Positions 8,228 to 17,517 of a stretch of DNA of 64,000 nucleotides are shown here, in pieces. The notes below the pieces were generated by a model, which did not search any database, was not told the origin of the DNA, and saw only the letters and a list, made by a program, of their open reading frames with translations. The stretch is from Parcubacteria group bacterium M10-OD1-1 (GTDB lineage: Bacteria; Patescibacteriota; Minisyncoccia; Moranbacterales; UBA2206). Where the stretch lies: NCBI GenBank assembly GCA_003056145.1, contig LSNL01000003.1, positions 4,345-68,344 on the forward strand. The letters are read 5' to 3'. A program made the translations under genes and the position numbers. Each line of letters starts with the position of its first letter. Within the stretch, counting starts at the first letter, position 1.

Positions 8228-8317
8228 TGGCGGAGGCGGGAGGATTCGAACCTCCGATACCGGTTAAGGTATAACGCTTTTCGAGAGCGCCCTATTCAAC
8301 CGCTCTAGCACGCCTCC
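8228..8317 (-). tRNA. tRNA-Ser (anticodon CGA), type II with long variable arm
   Basis: The reverse complement reads GGAGGCG...CTAG/D-loop...anticodon stem GCGCT/AGCGT with loop CTCGAAA (anticodon CGA)...long variable arm...GGAGG-TTCGAAT-CCTCC...CGCCTCC-G-CCA. The CCA is encoded. Confidence 0.8.
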
Positions 8318-8467
8318 TTTTCTCTCTTTTTAGTATCCTTGATTTTTATCTTTTTGGCAATAAGAAAAAGATGAAATCTAATTACAAATAAAAATAATTT
8401 TTAAGTTGTTGCTTTTAGAAATTTGTTGTAAAATATAAAAGTAAAATAAAAACAAATAAAAACAACG

Positions 8468-9049
8468 ATGTTAGAACAGGAGGAAAAATCAATTCATCAA
8501 TCTTTAGGAGTAGCTAACTCTTTTAAGTTTTTAAGTCCTCAAAAAATAGTTGATCAAATTGAGGTTAATCCAGGAATGAAAATAGCTCATTTTGGTTGCT
8601 CTACTGGTTACTTTACTTTTCTATTAGCTCAAAGAGTTGGAGGTAGTGGTCAGGTTTATGCTCTAGATATTATATCTTCTAAACTAGAAATTTTAAAGAG
8701 CCAGATTAAATTACAAGGAATTAGAAACATTGCAATAAAAAGAGTGAGTTTAGAAAATAAGAATGGTTCTGGCTTGGAGAATGAAAGTATGGATTGGGTA
8801 ATAATGGTTAATATGTTATATCAAAATAATCAAAAGAATAAAATCATCAAAGAAGCAGAGAGAGTCTTAAAACCTGGTGGAAAAATTCTTTTAATAGACT
8901 GGGAAACAGGAGACGATAGAATTGGACCAAAAAAACTTTCACGAATTTCTAAAGGAGATTTAATTAAAATAGTCAGAAGATACAGTTTAGGAATTAAAAA
9001 AGAAATTGAAGTTGGAAATTTTCATTTTGGACTAATACTAGCCAAATAA
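8468..9049 (+). CDS. class I SAM-dependent methyltransferase
   Basis: 193 aa. Motif I-like GCSTGYFT and VYALDI, and the post-I region KPGGKILLIDW, which is the methyltransferase type 11 fold. Confidence 0.65.
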   Translation: MLEQEEKSIHQSLGVANSFKFLSPQKIVDQIEVNPGMKIAHFGCSTGYFTFLLAQRVGGSGQVYALDIISSKLEILKSQIKLQGIRNIAIKRVSLENKNGSGLENESMDWVIMVNMLYQNNQKNKIIKEAERVLKPGGKILLIDWETGDDRIGPKKLSRISKGDLIKIVRRYSLGIKKEIEVGNFHFGLILAK

Positions 9050-9054
9050 AATAT

Positions 9055-10482
9055 ATGACATTAAAAACAAAAAAAAGTAAAATATTTTTCGCTACAGTTT
9101 TTATTTTTGGATTGATTATTTTATCTGGCTGTGGTTTCAAACAAAAAACAGATCATCAATATAATTTAAGTTTAGAAATCTGGGGTCCTTTTGATTACGG
9201 GGATGCTTTAAGAAAAGTTTTTAATAGTTATAAAAAAATAAATCCTAATATTTCTAGTCTTGAGTATAAAAGAATTCCAATTAATACTTATCAAAAAGAA
9301 TTAACAGAAGCTTTAGCAGCAGGACAGGGTCCAGATATTTTCTTTATTCGTAATGACTGGGTACCGAGTTTTGCAGATAAAATAGTTCCTGTTAAAGAAA
9401 TTCCAGGGGTTATTAGTGAGAAAAAGTTTAGAGCTAATTTTATAGATGTAGTGGCTAATGATTTTTTAGTTAAAGGAAATATCTATGCGATGCCTCTTTC
9501 GGTAAATACTTTGGGTTTATATTATAATAAAGATCTTTTTAATCAAGCTGGCATAGTGGCACCACCAAAAACTTGGGATGAATTTTCTGAGGATGTCAAA
9601 AAACTTACTAAAATTAATGCTTTTGGGGAAATAATTCAATCAGGAGCAGCTATGGGGACAGCTTATAATATCAATCGTTCTACGGACATATTAAATCTCT
9701 TGATGTTGCAAAATCAAACTAAAATGATTGATCCACGAGGACAAGTGCTTTTTCAAAAATCAATTTCTGAAAATGGAAAAAGTATTTTTCCTGGAGAAAA
9801 CGCGCTAGCTTTCTATACTCAATTCGCTAACACTAGTTCTCCAGAATATACTTGGAATTCTCAGCTGCATGATTCTATTGATGCTTTTTCTGAAGGAACA
9901 GTTGCGATGATGTTAAATTATCCTTGGAATGTTAAGGTTATAAAAGAGAAGGCACCGAAGCTTAATTTTGCCATTGCACCAGTTCCTCAAATAAAAGATA
10001 AGCCAAAAGTTAATTTTGCTAATTATTGGGGACTAGCGGTTTCTAAAAATAAGACTCCTCAAAGTAATCCATATGGACAATCTAAAAAAGCAGTGGTAAT
10101 TAGTAGTAATACTCGGTTAAAAGAAGCTTGGACTTTTTTAACATACTTAACTACTAAGCCAGATGGAACTTTTAATAATAAGGCTAGTACAAAAGTTGGG
10201 CAAGTTACAGAAGCTAATTTTGATCCTGCTAAAAGTTGTTTAACTCAAACCGGTGAACCAGCTGCTAGGCGTGATTTAATTAAAGAGCAAAAAGATAATC
10301 CGACTATTGGTGTTTTTGCAACAGATAATTTAATTGCTCAAAGCTGGATAGAGGTTGATCCTTCTTCTATTGAGTCAATTTTTGCTGAAATGATTGATCA
10401 AGTTAATAAAGGACAGGCAACAGTGGCTGGAGCTATTAAAACAGCCGCTCAAAGAGTTCAAATATTATCCAATAATAATTAA
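9055..10482 (+). CDS. ABC transporter extracellular solute-binding lipoprotein (family 1, sugar-type)
   Basis: 475 aa. Signal peptide plus lipobox LSGC and an SBP_bac_1-like sequence. No permease or ATPase is adjacent. Confidence 0.65.
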   Translation: MTLKTKKSKIFFATVFIFGLIILSGCGFKQKTDHQYNLSLEIWGPFDYGDALRKVFNSYKKINPNISSLEYKRIPINTYQKELTEALAAGQGPDIFFIRNDWVPSFADKIVPVKEIPGVISEKKFRANFIDVVANDFLVKGNIYAMPLSVNTLGLYYNKDLFNQAGIVAPPKTWDEFSEDVKKLTKINAFGEIIQSGAAMGTAYNINRSTDILNLLMLQNQTKMIDPRGQVLFQKSISENGKSIFPGENALAFYTQFANTSSPEYTWNSQLHDSIDAFSEGTVAMMLNYPWNVKVIKEKAPKLNFAIAPVPQIKDKPKVNFANYWGLAVSKNKTPQSNPYGQSKKAVVISSNTRLKEAWTFLTYLTTKPDGTFNNKASTKVGQVTEANFDPAKSCLTQTGEPAARRDLIKEQKDNPTIGVFATDNLIAQSWIEVDPSSIESIFAEMIDQVNKGQATVAGAIKTAAQRVQILSNNN

Positions 10483-10486
10483 AAAA

Positions 10487-11410
10487 ATGAAAAACCTTAT
10501 TAAAAAAGTTCCTCTAATCTTTAGCACATTATTAATCAGTAGCCTCTTTCTTTTTTTTGGAGTAGCTAACTCGCAAGCTTCTACTGCTGAATGTACTGCT
10601 CAAGGAGGTATCTGCGCTACAGTAGGAGGAAGTGGTTGTTTAAGTGGTAGCCCTATTGCAAATATAACTTGTTCTGGTGGGGTAACTTGTTGTACGAATG
10701 TAACTCCTAAGAGTTCTACTATTTGTTGTCAGGTCTCTGGACAAGGTTGCGGAGAAATTAACGGAAGCACTTGTCCAACAGGAATGAATTTTTTAGGTAC
10801 TGGTTCTTGCTCTAGCTTTTCTGCCTGCCAAATTAAGACTTCAACAGGGTCTTCTGCTAATACTAATAATGGGAATTCAATTACTTTTTCTAATCCGATT
10901 GGATTTACTACTTTTGCTGGCTTATTGAACTCCATTCTAAATCATATGATGGGTATTATTGCTACTATTGCAATAGTCTTTATGATTCTGGGAGGTATAA
11001 TGTATATGATGTCTGGTGGCAATGAAGGAATGGTAACTAAAGCTAAAAAAACTTGGACTGGAGCTATTATTGGTCTAGCGATTGCGTTGGCTTCGCCAAC
11101 TTTTTTAAAGGAAATTCAAAAAATTCTTAATGGAGGAGGAACAGGAGGGAGCGCTCAAGCTTGGGTAAGTAAAGCGTTAACACTTAAAGAAATTGCTATT
11201 AATGTTGCTAACCTATTGTTGTCAATTTTAGGTATTCTTGGTATAATTGCCTTAATAATTGGAGGTGGAATGTATTTAACTGCCTATGGTGATGAAAGAA
11301 AAATTGATACTGGAAAAAAGATAATCACCTTTGCGATTATCGGTATTGTCGTAGCTCTCTCAGCAGTTATTATCACCAAACAAGTTTCCGTTATTTTAGG
11401 AGCAAATTAA
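10487..11410 (+). CDS. secreted Cys-rich protein with duplicated TrbC/VirB2-like pilin-family C-terminal domain
   Basis: Start chosen at the internal ATG 10487 (MKNLIKKVPLIF..., signal peptide). About 20 Cys in the N-domain, then two copies of the motif hydrophobic helix-GG-MY(L/M)-G-(D/N)E-K-hydrophobic helix, as in the three downstream paralogs. Confidence 0.5.
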   Translation: MKNLIKKVPLIFSTLLISSLFLFFGVANSQASTAECTAQGGICATVGGSGCLSGSPIANITCSGGVTCCTNVTPKSSTICCQVSGQGCGEINGSTCPTGMNFLGTGSCSSFSACQIKTSTGSSANTNNGNSITFSNPIGFTTFAGLLNSILNHMMGIIATIAIVFMILGGIMYMMSGGNEGMVTKAKKTWTGAIIGLAIALASPTFLKEIQKILNGGGTGGSAQAWVSKALTLKEIAINVANLLLSILGILGIIALIIGGGMYLTAYGDERKIDTGKKIITFAIIGIVVALSAVIITKQVSVILGAN

Positions 11411-11478
11411 ATTAGAACAAAAGAAAGTTTAATAGGATAGTTAAAAAATAAATATACAAAATAGAAAGGAGGTGTTAT

Positions 11479-11832
11479 ATGAAAAATAAAATTAGAATAA
11501 TGATTTTCTCAGTAGCCTCAACTACCTTGACTTTTCCAGCTTTGGCTTTAGCTCAATTTAGCGCTCCTGCCGGAACTGGACTACCTGTTAATTCAGTTTA
11601 TGATATTATTTCAGGAATAATGTTTTGGTTGTTGGCAATAGTGGGGATAGTGGGTGTTATTGGTTTTGCTATTGCAGGAATCCTCTACTTAACAGCAGCG
11701 GGAGATGATTCTAGGATTCAACAGGCCAAAAGTGCAATGCTCTATTCTATTATTGGAGTAATTGTAGCTTTATCTGGTTTAGTAGCAATCCATTTTGCTA
11801 GCGGGTTATTAGGTGGTCAAAGGCAATTCTAA
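11479..11832 (+). CDS. TrbC/VirB2-like pilin-family small membrane protein
   Basis: 117 aa. Signal peptide and conserved core WLLAIVGIVGVIGFAIAGILYLTAAGDDSRIQQAKSAMLYSIIGVIVAL, which is two transmembrane helices around an AGD motif. An RBS aaaggagg lies upstream. Confidence 0.5.
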   Translation: MKNKIRIMIFSVASTTLTFPALALAQFSAPAGTGLPVNSVYDIISGIMFWLLAIVGIVGVIGFAIAGILYLTAAGDDSRIQQAKSAMLYSIIGVIVALSGLVAIHFASGLLGGQRQF

Positions 11833-11952
11833 TTAAAGAATTCTTTGAAATTTCAAAACAAAAACAGATTGTTTTAATAGTCTGTTTTTGTTTTTTGTTT
11901 TTTTATTGTATAATATAAGCGAGGTATTATTAAATAAATTTAAAATAAAAAA

Positions 11953-12348
11953 ATGAAATATTTGAAATTAGGAATTCAAAAAATAAAGCAAGGGAGATAT
12001 TTATTAGGTAGTTTTTTTGGACTTAATCTTAATTCTTCTAGTGGAGGTGGAGGGAACGGTAGTGGTTGGAATCCAGGGAGTCTTAGTCAATTCAATCTTC
12101 CTAATGCTTCTATTTATAGTATTATAGAAAATATTTTAAATTGGTTATTGGGTATTTTGGGAATTATTGGAGTAATAGGTTTTGTGATTGCTGGAATTTT
12201 TTATTTAACAGCAGCTGGAGATGAATCTCAAATTACTAAAGCTAAAAGTGCTTTGAAATATTCTATTACGGGTGTCATCGTGGGAATAGCTGGTCTAGTG
12301 ATTATTCAAGCAGTTAACGCAATGCTTAACGGAACTTCTCTTTTTTAA
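11953..12348 (+). CDS. TrbC/VirB2-like pilin-family small membrane protein
   Basis: 131 aa. Gly/Ser-rich N-region and the same conserved C-terminal core (NWLLGILGIIGVIGFVIAGIFYLTAAGDESQITKAKSALKYSITGVIVG). Confidence 0.5.
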   Translation: MKYLKLGIQKIKQGRYLLGSFFGLNLNSSSGGGGNGSGWNPGSLSQFNLPNASIYSIIENILNWLLGILGIIGVIGFVIAGIFYLTAAGDESQITKAKSALKYSITGVIVGIAGLVIIQAVNAMLNGTSLF

Positions 12349-12352
12349 ATTT

Positions 12353-13039
12353 ATGAAAAATCTTACTAAAAAAATTATAAAAAACTTAATTAACTATAAT
12401 AATAAAATATACAAAGTATTTTTTTTTAGTAGTTTTATTCTAGGAGTCAGTCTTTTTTTTGGAATAAATATTTCTCAAGCAGACTATATTTGTTTAAATC
12501 AGAGTAGCGCTTGTAGTGGTAATTGGGCTGATATTAACGCTTGTGGTGTAGGTGTTTGTAGTACAGGAGAAAAATGTTGTTCAATAGCGACAAAAACGAG
12601 CACGAATACAAGTACAAACACAAATTCTTCTACACCTAGCAAAGCAGGTAACACTTGGAAAAATCCAGATAATGCAACTTCCAATTCTAATGCAGTCCCT
12701 ATTTCTTTAGGTAATCAAAATAATAATACTTCAGCTAATAATGTTTCTGGAAGTGGACAACTTAATATTCCAACATTTAATCTTCCTAACCCACAAGGAG
12801 GAATTAAAGAAATTGCTCAAAATCTATTGAATTGGTTGTTGGGTATTTTGGGTATTATAGCGATAATCTCTTTTATTATAACTGGTTTACAATATTTTAT
12901 GGCAGCGGGAGATGAACAAATAGTTCAATCAGCTAAAAAGAACATGACTTATTCTATTTTAGGGATTATTGTGGCTCTCTCAGGCTTTATAATCATTCAA
13001 GCTATCGATGCAGCCTTACGAGCTACATCATTCTTTTAA
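12353..13039 (+). CDS. TrbC/VirB2-like pilin-family protein with Cys-rich and Thr/Asn-rich N-terminal region
   Basis: 228 aa. Signal peptide, Cys cluster (CLNQSSACSGNWADINACGVGVCSTGEKCCS), TSTNTSTNTNSS low-complexity linker, and the same C-terminal pilin-like core. Confidence 0.5.
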   Translation: MKNLTKKIIKNLINYNNKIYKVFFFSSFILGVSLFFGINISQADYICLNQSSACSGNWADINACGVGVCSTGEKCCSIATKTSTNTSTNTNSSTPSKAGNTWKNPDNATSNSNAVPISLGNQNNNTSANNVSGSGQLNIPTFNLPNPQGGIKEIAQNLLNWLLGILGIIAIISFIITGLQYFMAAGDEQIVQSAKKNMTYSILGIIVALSGFIIIQAIDAALRATSFF

Positions 13040-13049
13040 TCAGTTTTGT

Positions 13050-13078
13050 TTGACATTCTTCAAAAAAAATGCTAGAAT
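13050..13078 (+). promoter_or_regulatory. sigma70-like promoter upstream of nusA
   Basis: TTGACA (13050-13055), 17 nt, TAGAAT (13073-13078). A GAAA-tetraloop hairpin lies downstream at about 13100-13130 in the leader. Confidence 0.45.
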
Positions 13079-13164
13079 GAAAGTGTTAGTTAATGGAGAT
13101 AAAGGGTTCGCGAAAGCGAACTTTATTTGTTAAATAGACCTATTTTAATTTTTAATAAAATCTT

Positions 13165-14565
13165 ATGACAAGAAAAAAAGTAAGTTCTCAAAAAGAAGAA
13201 AAAAAAGATAAAGCTGAATTTGGGAGTGCTATTGCACAAATTTGTGAAGAAAAAGGAATTTCCAAGGAAAAAGTTGTTGAAACTATTGAAGCTGCTTTAG
13301 CAGCTGCTTATAAAAAAGACTATGGCAAGAGAGGTCAAAATATCCGTTCTGTTTTTAATGAAGTTTCTGGTTCAGCCAAATTTTTCTTAGTTAAAGAAGT
13401 AGTAGATGAATCTACGCGGGAGTTTCCTATTGAAACAGAAGAAGATGATGAAGAGCAATCTAAGGAAAGTAAAAAAATTTCTTTCAGAAAAGAAGTAAAA
13501 AATGAAAATGAGGAAGAAAAAATTGCTAGATTTAATCCAGAAAGAGATCTTCGCTTAGAAGAAGCCAAAAAAATCAAAAAAGATGCTCAGGTAGGAGATA
13601 TTATTGAAACAGAATTAGAACAGAAAGAAGACTATGGGAGAGTCGCTGCTCAAACAGCTAAGCAGGTTATTATTCAAAGGATTAGAGAAGCAGAAAGAGA
13701 TGCTATGTTTGAAGAATATAAAAATAAAGAAGGAGAAGTGGTCAATGGTGTAGTGCAGAGAATGGAAGGAAGAAATATTTTTGTAGATTTAGGTAAATCT
13801 ATTGGCGTTCTTTTTCCTAGCGAACAAATTGAGAGAGAAGATCATAGAATTGGTCAGCGAATTAAAGTTTATATTGCTAATGTAGATGCTGGCTCTAAAG
13901 GACCAGGGATTACCCTTAGTCGAGTTCATCCAGACATGGTAAAAGTTTTGTTTGAGTTGGAAGTTCCGGAAATTTTTTCTGGAGTAGTAGAAATAAAATC
14001 TATTGCTAGAGAAGCTGGGCAAAGAACTAAAATTGCCGTTTTTTCTCAGGAAGAAGGAGTAGATCCTATTGGCTCTTGTGTTGGTCAGAAAGGAACTAGA
14101 GTACAAGCGATTATTGATGAATTAAATGGAGAAAAAATTGATATCGTTCTTTGGAATGAAAATCCTGAGAAATTTATTTCAGCAGCTTTAAGTCCAGCTA
14201 AAGTTTTAAGAATAGATTTAGAGGAAGGGAGAAAGGAAGCCGTTGCTACTGTTCCAGAAGATCAGCTTTCTTTAGCGATTGGGAAAAGAGGTCAAAATGT
14301 TAGATTGGCAGCTAAATTAACGGATTGGAAAATTGATATTGTAGGAGTTAGTCCAGGAGGAGAAGAAATTAATCCAGAAGAAGTAGCTAAAAAAGAATCT
14401 GTAGAAAATATTGAAAAAACAGAAGATGATAAAGAGCTAAATGAAAAAAATAGTCAAAATAAAGTTGAGAGTACAGACGATTTAAAAGATGCAGAAAAAA
14501 TAAATAGTTCAGTAGAAACAGAAAAATCAGTGGACGATGAGTCAAAAGAAGAAACTTTAAAATAA
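13165..14565 (+). CDS. nusA: transcription termination/antitermination factor NusA with acidic N- and C-terminal extensions
   Basis: 466 aa. S1 domain and tandem KH domains (GSCVGQKGTRVQAI, GKRGQNVRLAAKLTDWKIDI). Confidence 0.85.
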   Translation: MTRKKVSSQKEEKKDKAEFGSAIAQICEEKGISKEKVVETIEAALAAAYKKDYGKRGQNIRSVFNEVSGSAKFFLVKEVVDESTREFPIETEEDDEEQSKESKKISFRKEVKNENEEEKIARFNPERDLRLEEAKKIKKDAQVGDIIETELEQKEDYGRVAAQTAKQVIIQRIREAERDAMFEEYKNKEGEVVNGVVQRMEGRNIFVDLGKSIGVLFPSEQIEREDHRIGQRIKVYIANVDAGSKGPGITLSRVHPDMVKVLFELEVPEIFSGVVEIKSIAREAGQRTKIAVFSQEEGVDPIGSCVGQKGTRVQAIIDELNGEKIDIVLWNENPEKFISAALSPAKVLRIDLEEGRKEAVATVPEDQLSLAIGKRGQNVRLAAKLTDWKIDIVGVSPGGEEINPEEVAKKESVENIEKTEDDKELNEKNSQNKVESTDDLKDAEKINSSVETEKSVDDESKEETLK

Positions 14566-14596
14566 ATAATGAAGGGGTAACTAAAGGTAAAAAATT

Positions 14597-15547
14597 ATGG
14601 AAAATAAAAAATCAAAATTAAATCGAGTGATTGTTATCGGACATAAAAATCCTGATACGGATTCTATTGTTTCTAGTATAGTAGCTCAAAAATTTTTTGA
14701 GAAAACTGAAAAAATCAAAACTAAGGCTTTTAGAGCTGGATCACTTAATAATGAAACTAGATTTATTTTGAATAAATTTAAAGTAAATAGCCCTGAACTA
14801 TTAAAAAAAATTAAACTAACTGATGAAATAATTCTGGTTGATCATAATGAAAAAACTCAGATAGCTGAAGCTATAAATTTTTCGCAAGTAATTAAAATTA
14901 TTGATCACCATAAAGTTTTTATTCAGACGGAAAAACCTTTGAGTATGAGAGTAGAACCTTTAGGTAGTACAGCCTCACTTTTGGCTAAGATGTATCAAGA
15001 AGCAAAAAAGAAATTATCTAAGCTAGAAGCTAGTTTGCTTCTATCTGGTATTATCTCTGATACTTTGAATTTGGTTTCTCCAACTACTACCACAGAAGAT
15101 AAAAAAATAGTTAGAGAACTTAATAAAATAGCTAAACTAAATTTAAAACAACTGGTCAAAGAAATGTTTTTAGCTAAATCTAGTTTACAAGGGTTATCAA
15201 TAGAGGATATTATTTCTCAAGATTATAAGCAATTCCAAATGGAGGGAAATAAAGTAGGTATCGGAGTTTGGGAAACGGCTAGCCCGAAACTAGTAGAAGA
15301 AAAACAGGCAGAAATTTTTAAGAAATTAAAAATTAAAAAACAAAAAGAAAAGTTAAGCTATCTATTTTTTTTCGTGGTTGACATTATTAAACAATTTAGT
15401 GTAGCTTATATTATTAGAGAAGAAGAAGCTCAAATAGTTCAAAAAGCTTTTGGCGGTAAAGTAAAAAATAATTTGTTAACTATTAAAAATGTTGTTTCTA
15501 GAAAGAAACAGATTGTTCCTCAAATCGAGGAAATTTTAAAAAAATAA
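14597..15547 (+). CDS. ppaC: manganese-dependent inorganic pyrophosphatase (family II, DHH-DHHA2)
   Basis: 316 aa. VIGHKNPDTDSI, LVDHNE and IIDHH are the characteristic family II PPase motifs. Confidence 0.65.
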   Translation: MENKKSKLNRVIVIGHKNPDTDSIVSSIVAQKFFEKTEKIKTKAFRAGSLNNETRFILNKFKVNSPELLKKIKLTDEIILVDHNEKTQIAEAINFSQVIKIIDHHKVFIQTEKPLSMRVEPLGSTASLLAKMYQEAKKKLSKLEASLLLSGIISDTLNLVSPTTTTEDKKIVRELNKIAKLNLKQLVKEMFLAKSSLQGLSIEDIISQDYKQFQMEGNKVGIGVWETASPKLVEEKQAEIFKKLKIKKQKEKLSYLFFFVVDIIKQFSVAYIIREEEAQIVQKAFGGKVKNNLLTIKNVVSRKKQIVPQIEEILKK

Positions 15548-15549
15548 TT

Positions 15550-16842
15550 ATGAATAAAGACATCAAAAAATTACCAAAATCTCAATTAGAATTAACCATT
15601 TCTGTTTCGTGGGATGTTTGGAAAAAATATCTAGCTACTGCAGTTAAAGAAGCTTCTAAGGAAATAAAAATTGCTGGCTTTAGACCAGGGAAAGCTCCAA
15701 AAAATTTAGTAGAGCAGAAAGTAGGGAAGGCAGTTCTCCTTAATAACTCAGCTGAAAAAGCTATTAAAAAAAGCTACGCAGACTATATTCTAAAAGAAAA
15801 GTTAGAAGTTATTGGTAGTCCAAAAATTGATTTAATAAGCAATGAAGAAGGAAAAGATTTGAAATATAAAGTCATTATCTCTGTAATGCCAGGAATTAAA
15901 ATAGAAAGTAGCTATCAAAAAGCTATGAAAAAGATTAATGAAGAATTTAATCAAAAAAGTTTCAAGATAGAAGATAAAGAATTAGATTTAGAATTAGAAA
16001 AATTAGCTAATAGCCGTGTTAAGCTAGTAACTGTTAATCGAGAGGCTAGAAAAAATGATAGCGTAGAGATAGATTTTAGTGTTCTAAGAGAGGGTGTCCC
16101 GATTGAAAATGGAACCAGTAAGAAACACCCACTTATTATTGGTAAAGGAGTTTTTATCCCTGGCTTTGAAGAGAAAATTATTGGAATGAAAGCTGGCGAA
16201 GAGAAAGAATTTAATTTGTCTTTTCCATCGGAATATCATCAAAAAGATTTAGCTGGAAAGCCAGCTACTTTTAAAGTAAAAATGGGACTAGTTCAAGAAA
16301 GACAAATTCCAGAAATTAATGATGATTTTGCTAAATCTTTAGGAAAATTTGAAAAAGTAGACGCCTTGAAAAAAAGTCTACGAGAGGGAATGGAACATGA
16401 GAATAAACGTAAAATTAAAGAAGAGAAAAGGAGTAAATATTTAGAAGAAATAGTTAATCATTGCCAAGTAGAGCTTCCTGAAATATTGGTAACAGAAGAA
16501 ATCGAAAAAATGATTGGAGAATTAGAATATCAAATTCAAGCTTCAGGAATGAATATTGATCAATACTTAGCTCAGATTAAAAAAACTAAAGAAGAATTAA
16601 AAAAAGAATGGGAACCACAAGCAAAAAAAAGAGTTATTAGTGCCTTAGCTCTATCAGAAATTGCCAAAGAGCAGGATATCAAAATTGAAAATTCAGAAGT
16701 GGAGGCAGAAATGAATAAAACGCTTAATCATTATAAGGGAGTGAAAGATATCAAAAAAAATATTGATATGAAGAGATTGTATAGCTATAGTAAATCTCTC
16801 TTGGAAAATGAAAAAGTTTTTGAGTGGTTAGAAAAATTATAA
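15550..16842 (+). CDS. tig: trigger factor
   Basis: 430 aa. N-terminal ribosome-binding signature GFRPGKAP, an FKBP-type middle domain, and a C-terminal chaperone domain. Confidence 0.85.
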   Translation: MNKDIKKLPKSQLELTISVSWDVWKKYLATAVKEASKEIKIAGFRPGKAPKNLVEQKVGKAVLLNNSAEKAIKKSYADYILKEKLEVIGSPKIDLISNEEGKDLKYKVIISVMPGIKIESSYQKAMKKINEEFNQKSFKIEDKELDLELEKLANSRVKLVTVNREARKNDSVEIDFSVLREGVPIENGTSKKHPLIIGKGVFIPGFEEKIIGMKAGEEKEFNLSFPSEYHQKDLAGKPATFKVKMGLVQERQIPEINDDFAKSLGKFEKVDALKKSLREGMEHENKRKIKEEKRSKYLEEIVNHCQVELPEILVTEEIEKMIGELEYQIQASGMNIDQYLAQIKKTKEELKKEWEPQAKKRVISALALSEIAKEQDIKIENSEVEAEMNKTLNHYKGVKDIKKNIDMKRLYSYSKSLLENEKVFEWLEKL

Positions 16843-16861
16843 AGCTTAAGAAATAGTTATT

Positions 16862-17446
16862 ATGAAAAATCAAATTCTTATTCCTACGGTCATTGAAAAA
16901 ACTAGCAATGGAGAAAGGGCTTATGATATTTATTCTCGTCTTCTAAAAGATAGAATTATTTTTTTAGGAGGACCAGTCGACGATTTAGTAGCTAACAATA
17001 TTATTGCACAACTTTTATTTTTAGCTTCTCAAGACTCTAAAGAGGATATTAAACTTTATATTAATTCTCCAGGCGGACAAGTAACTTCAGCCTTAGCTAT
17101 TTACGATACAATGCAATATATAAAACCAGATGTAGCAACTATTTGTGTTGGGACAGCTGCTTCAGCGGCCGCGCTTTTATTATCAGCAGGAGCTAAAAAC
17201 AAAAGAATGATTCTACCAAATGGGGAAGTAATGATCCACCAAGTAATGGGAGGTACTCAAGGACAAGCAACAGATATTAATATTCATGCTCAACATATTT
17301 TGAAAATTAAAAGAAGGCTTAATGAAATTTTAGCTCACCATACTAAACAATCAATTAGTAAAGTAGAAAAAGATGCCGAAAGAGATTATTTTATGAATGC
17401 TATGGAAGCCAAAAAATATGGCTTAGTGGATAAAATTATAAAATAA
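16862..17446 (+). CDS. clpP: ATP-dependent Clp protease proteolytic subunit
   Basis: 194 aa. The catalytic Ser motif is [14 protein letters not shown], and MIHQ is present. Confidence 0.9.
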   Translation: MKNQILIPTVIEKTSNGERAYDIYSRLLKDRIIFLGGPVDDLVANNIIAQLLFLASQDSKEDIKLYINSPGGQVTSALAIYDTMQYIKPDVATICVGTAASAAALLLSAGAKNKRMILPNGEVMIHQVMGGTQGQATDINIHAQHILKIKRRLNEILAHHTKQSISKVEKDAERDYFMNAMEAKKYGLVDKIIK

Positions 17447-17517
17447 AGTGAAACTTTCAAAAAGGTTTATTAAAAACAGTCAGCTAAAAGCTAACTGTTT
17501 TTAAGATTACAAGAAAT

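Noticed and set aside
10394-10486. N-terminal 31 codons of listed ORF 10394-11410 overlapping the SBP gene.
   Set aside because: The internal ATG at 10487 gives a canonical signal peptide and lies just after the SBP stop, so the upstream extension is probably not translated.
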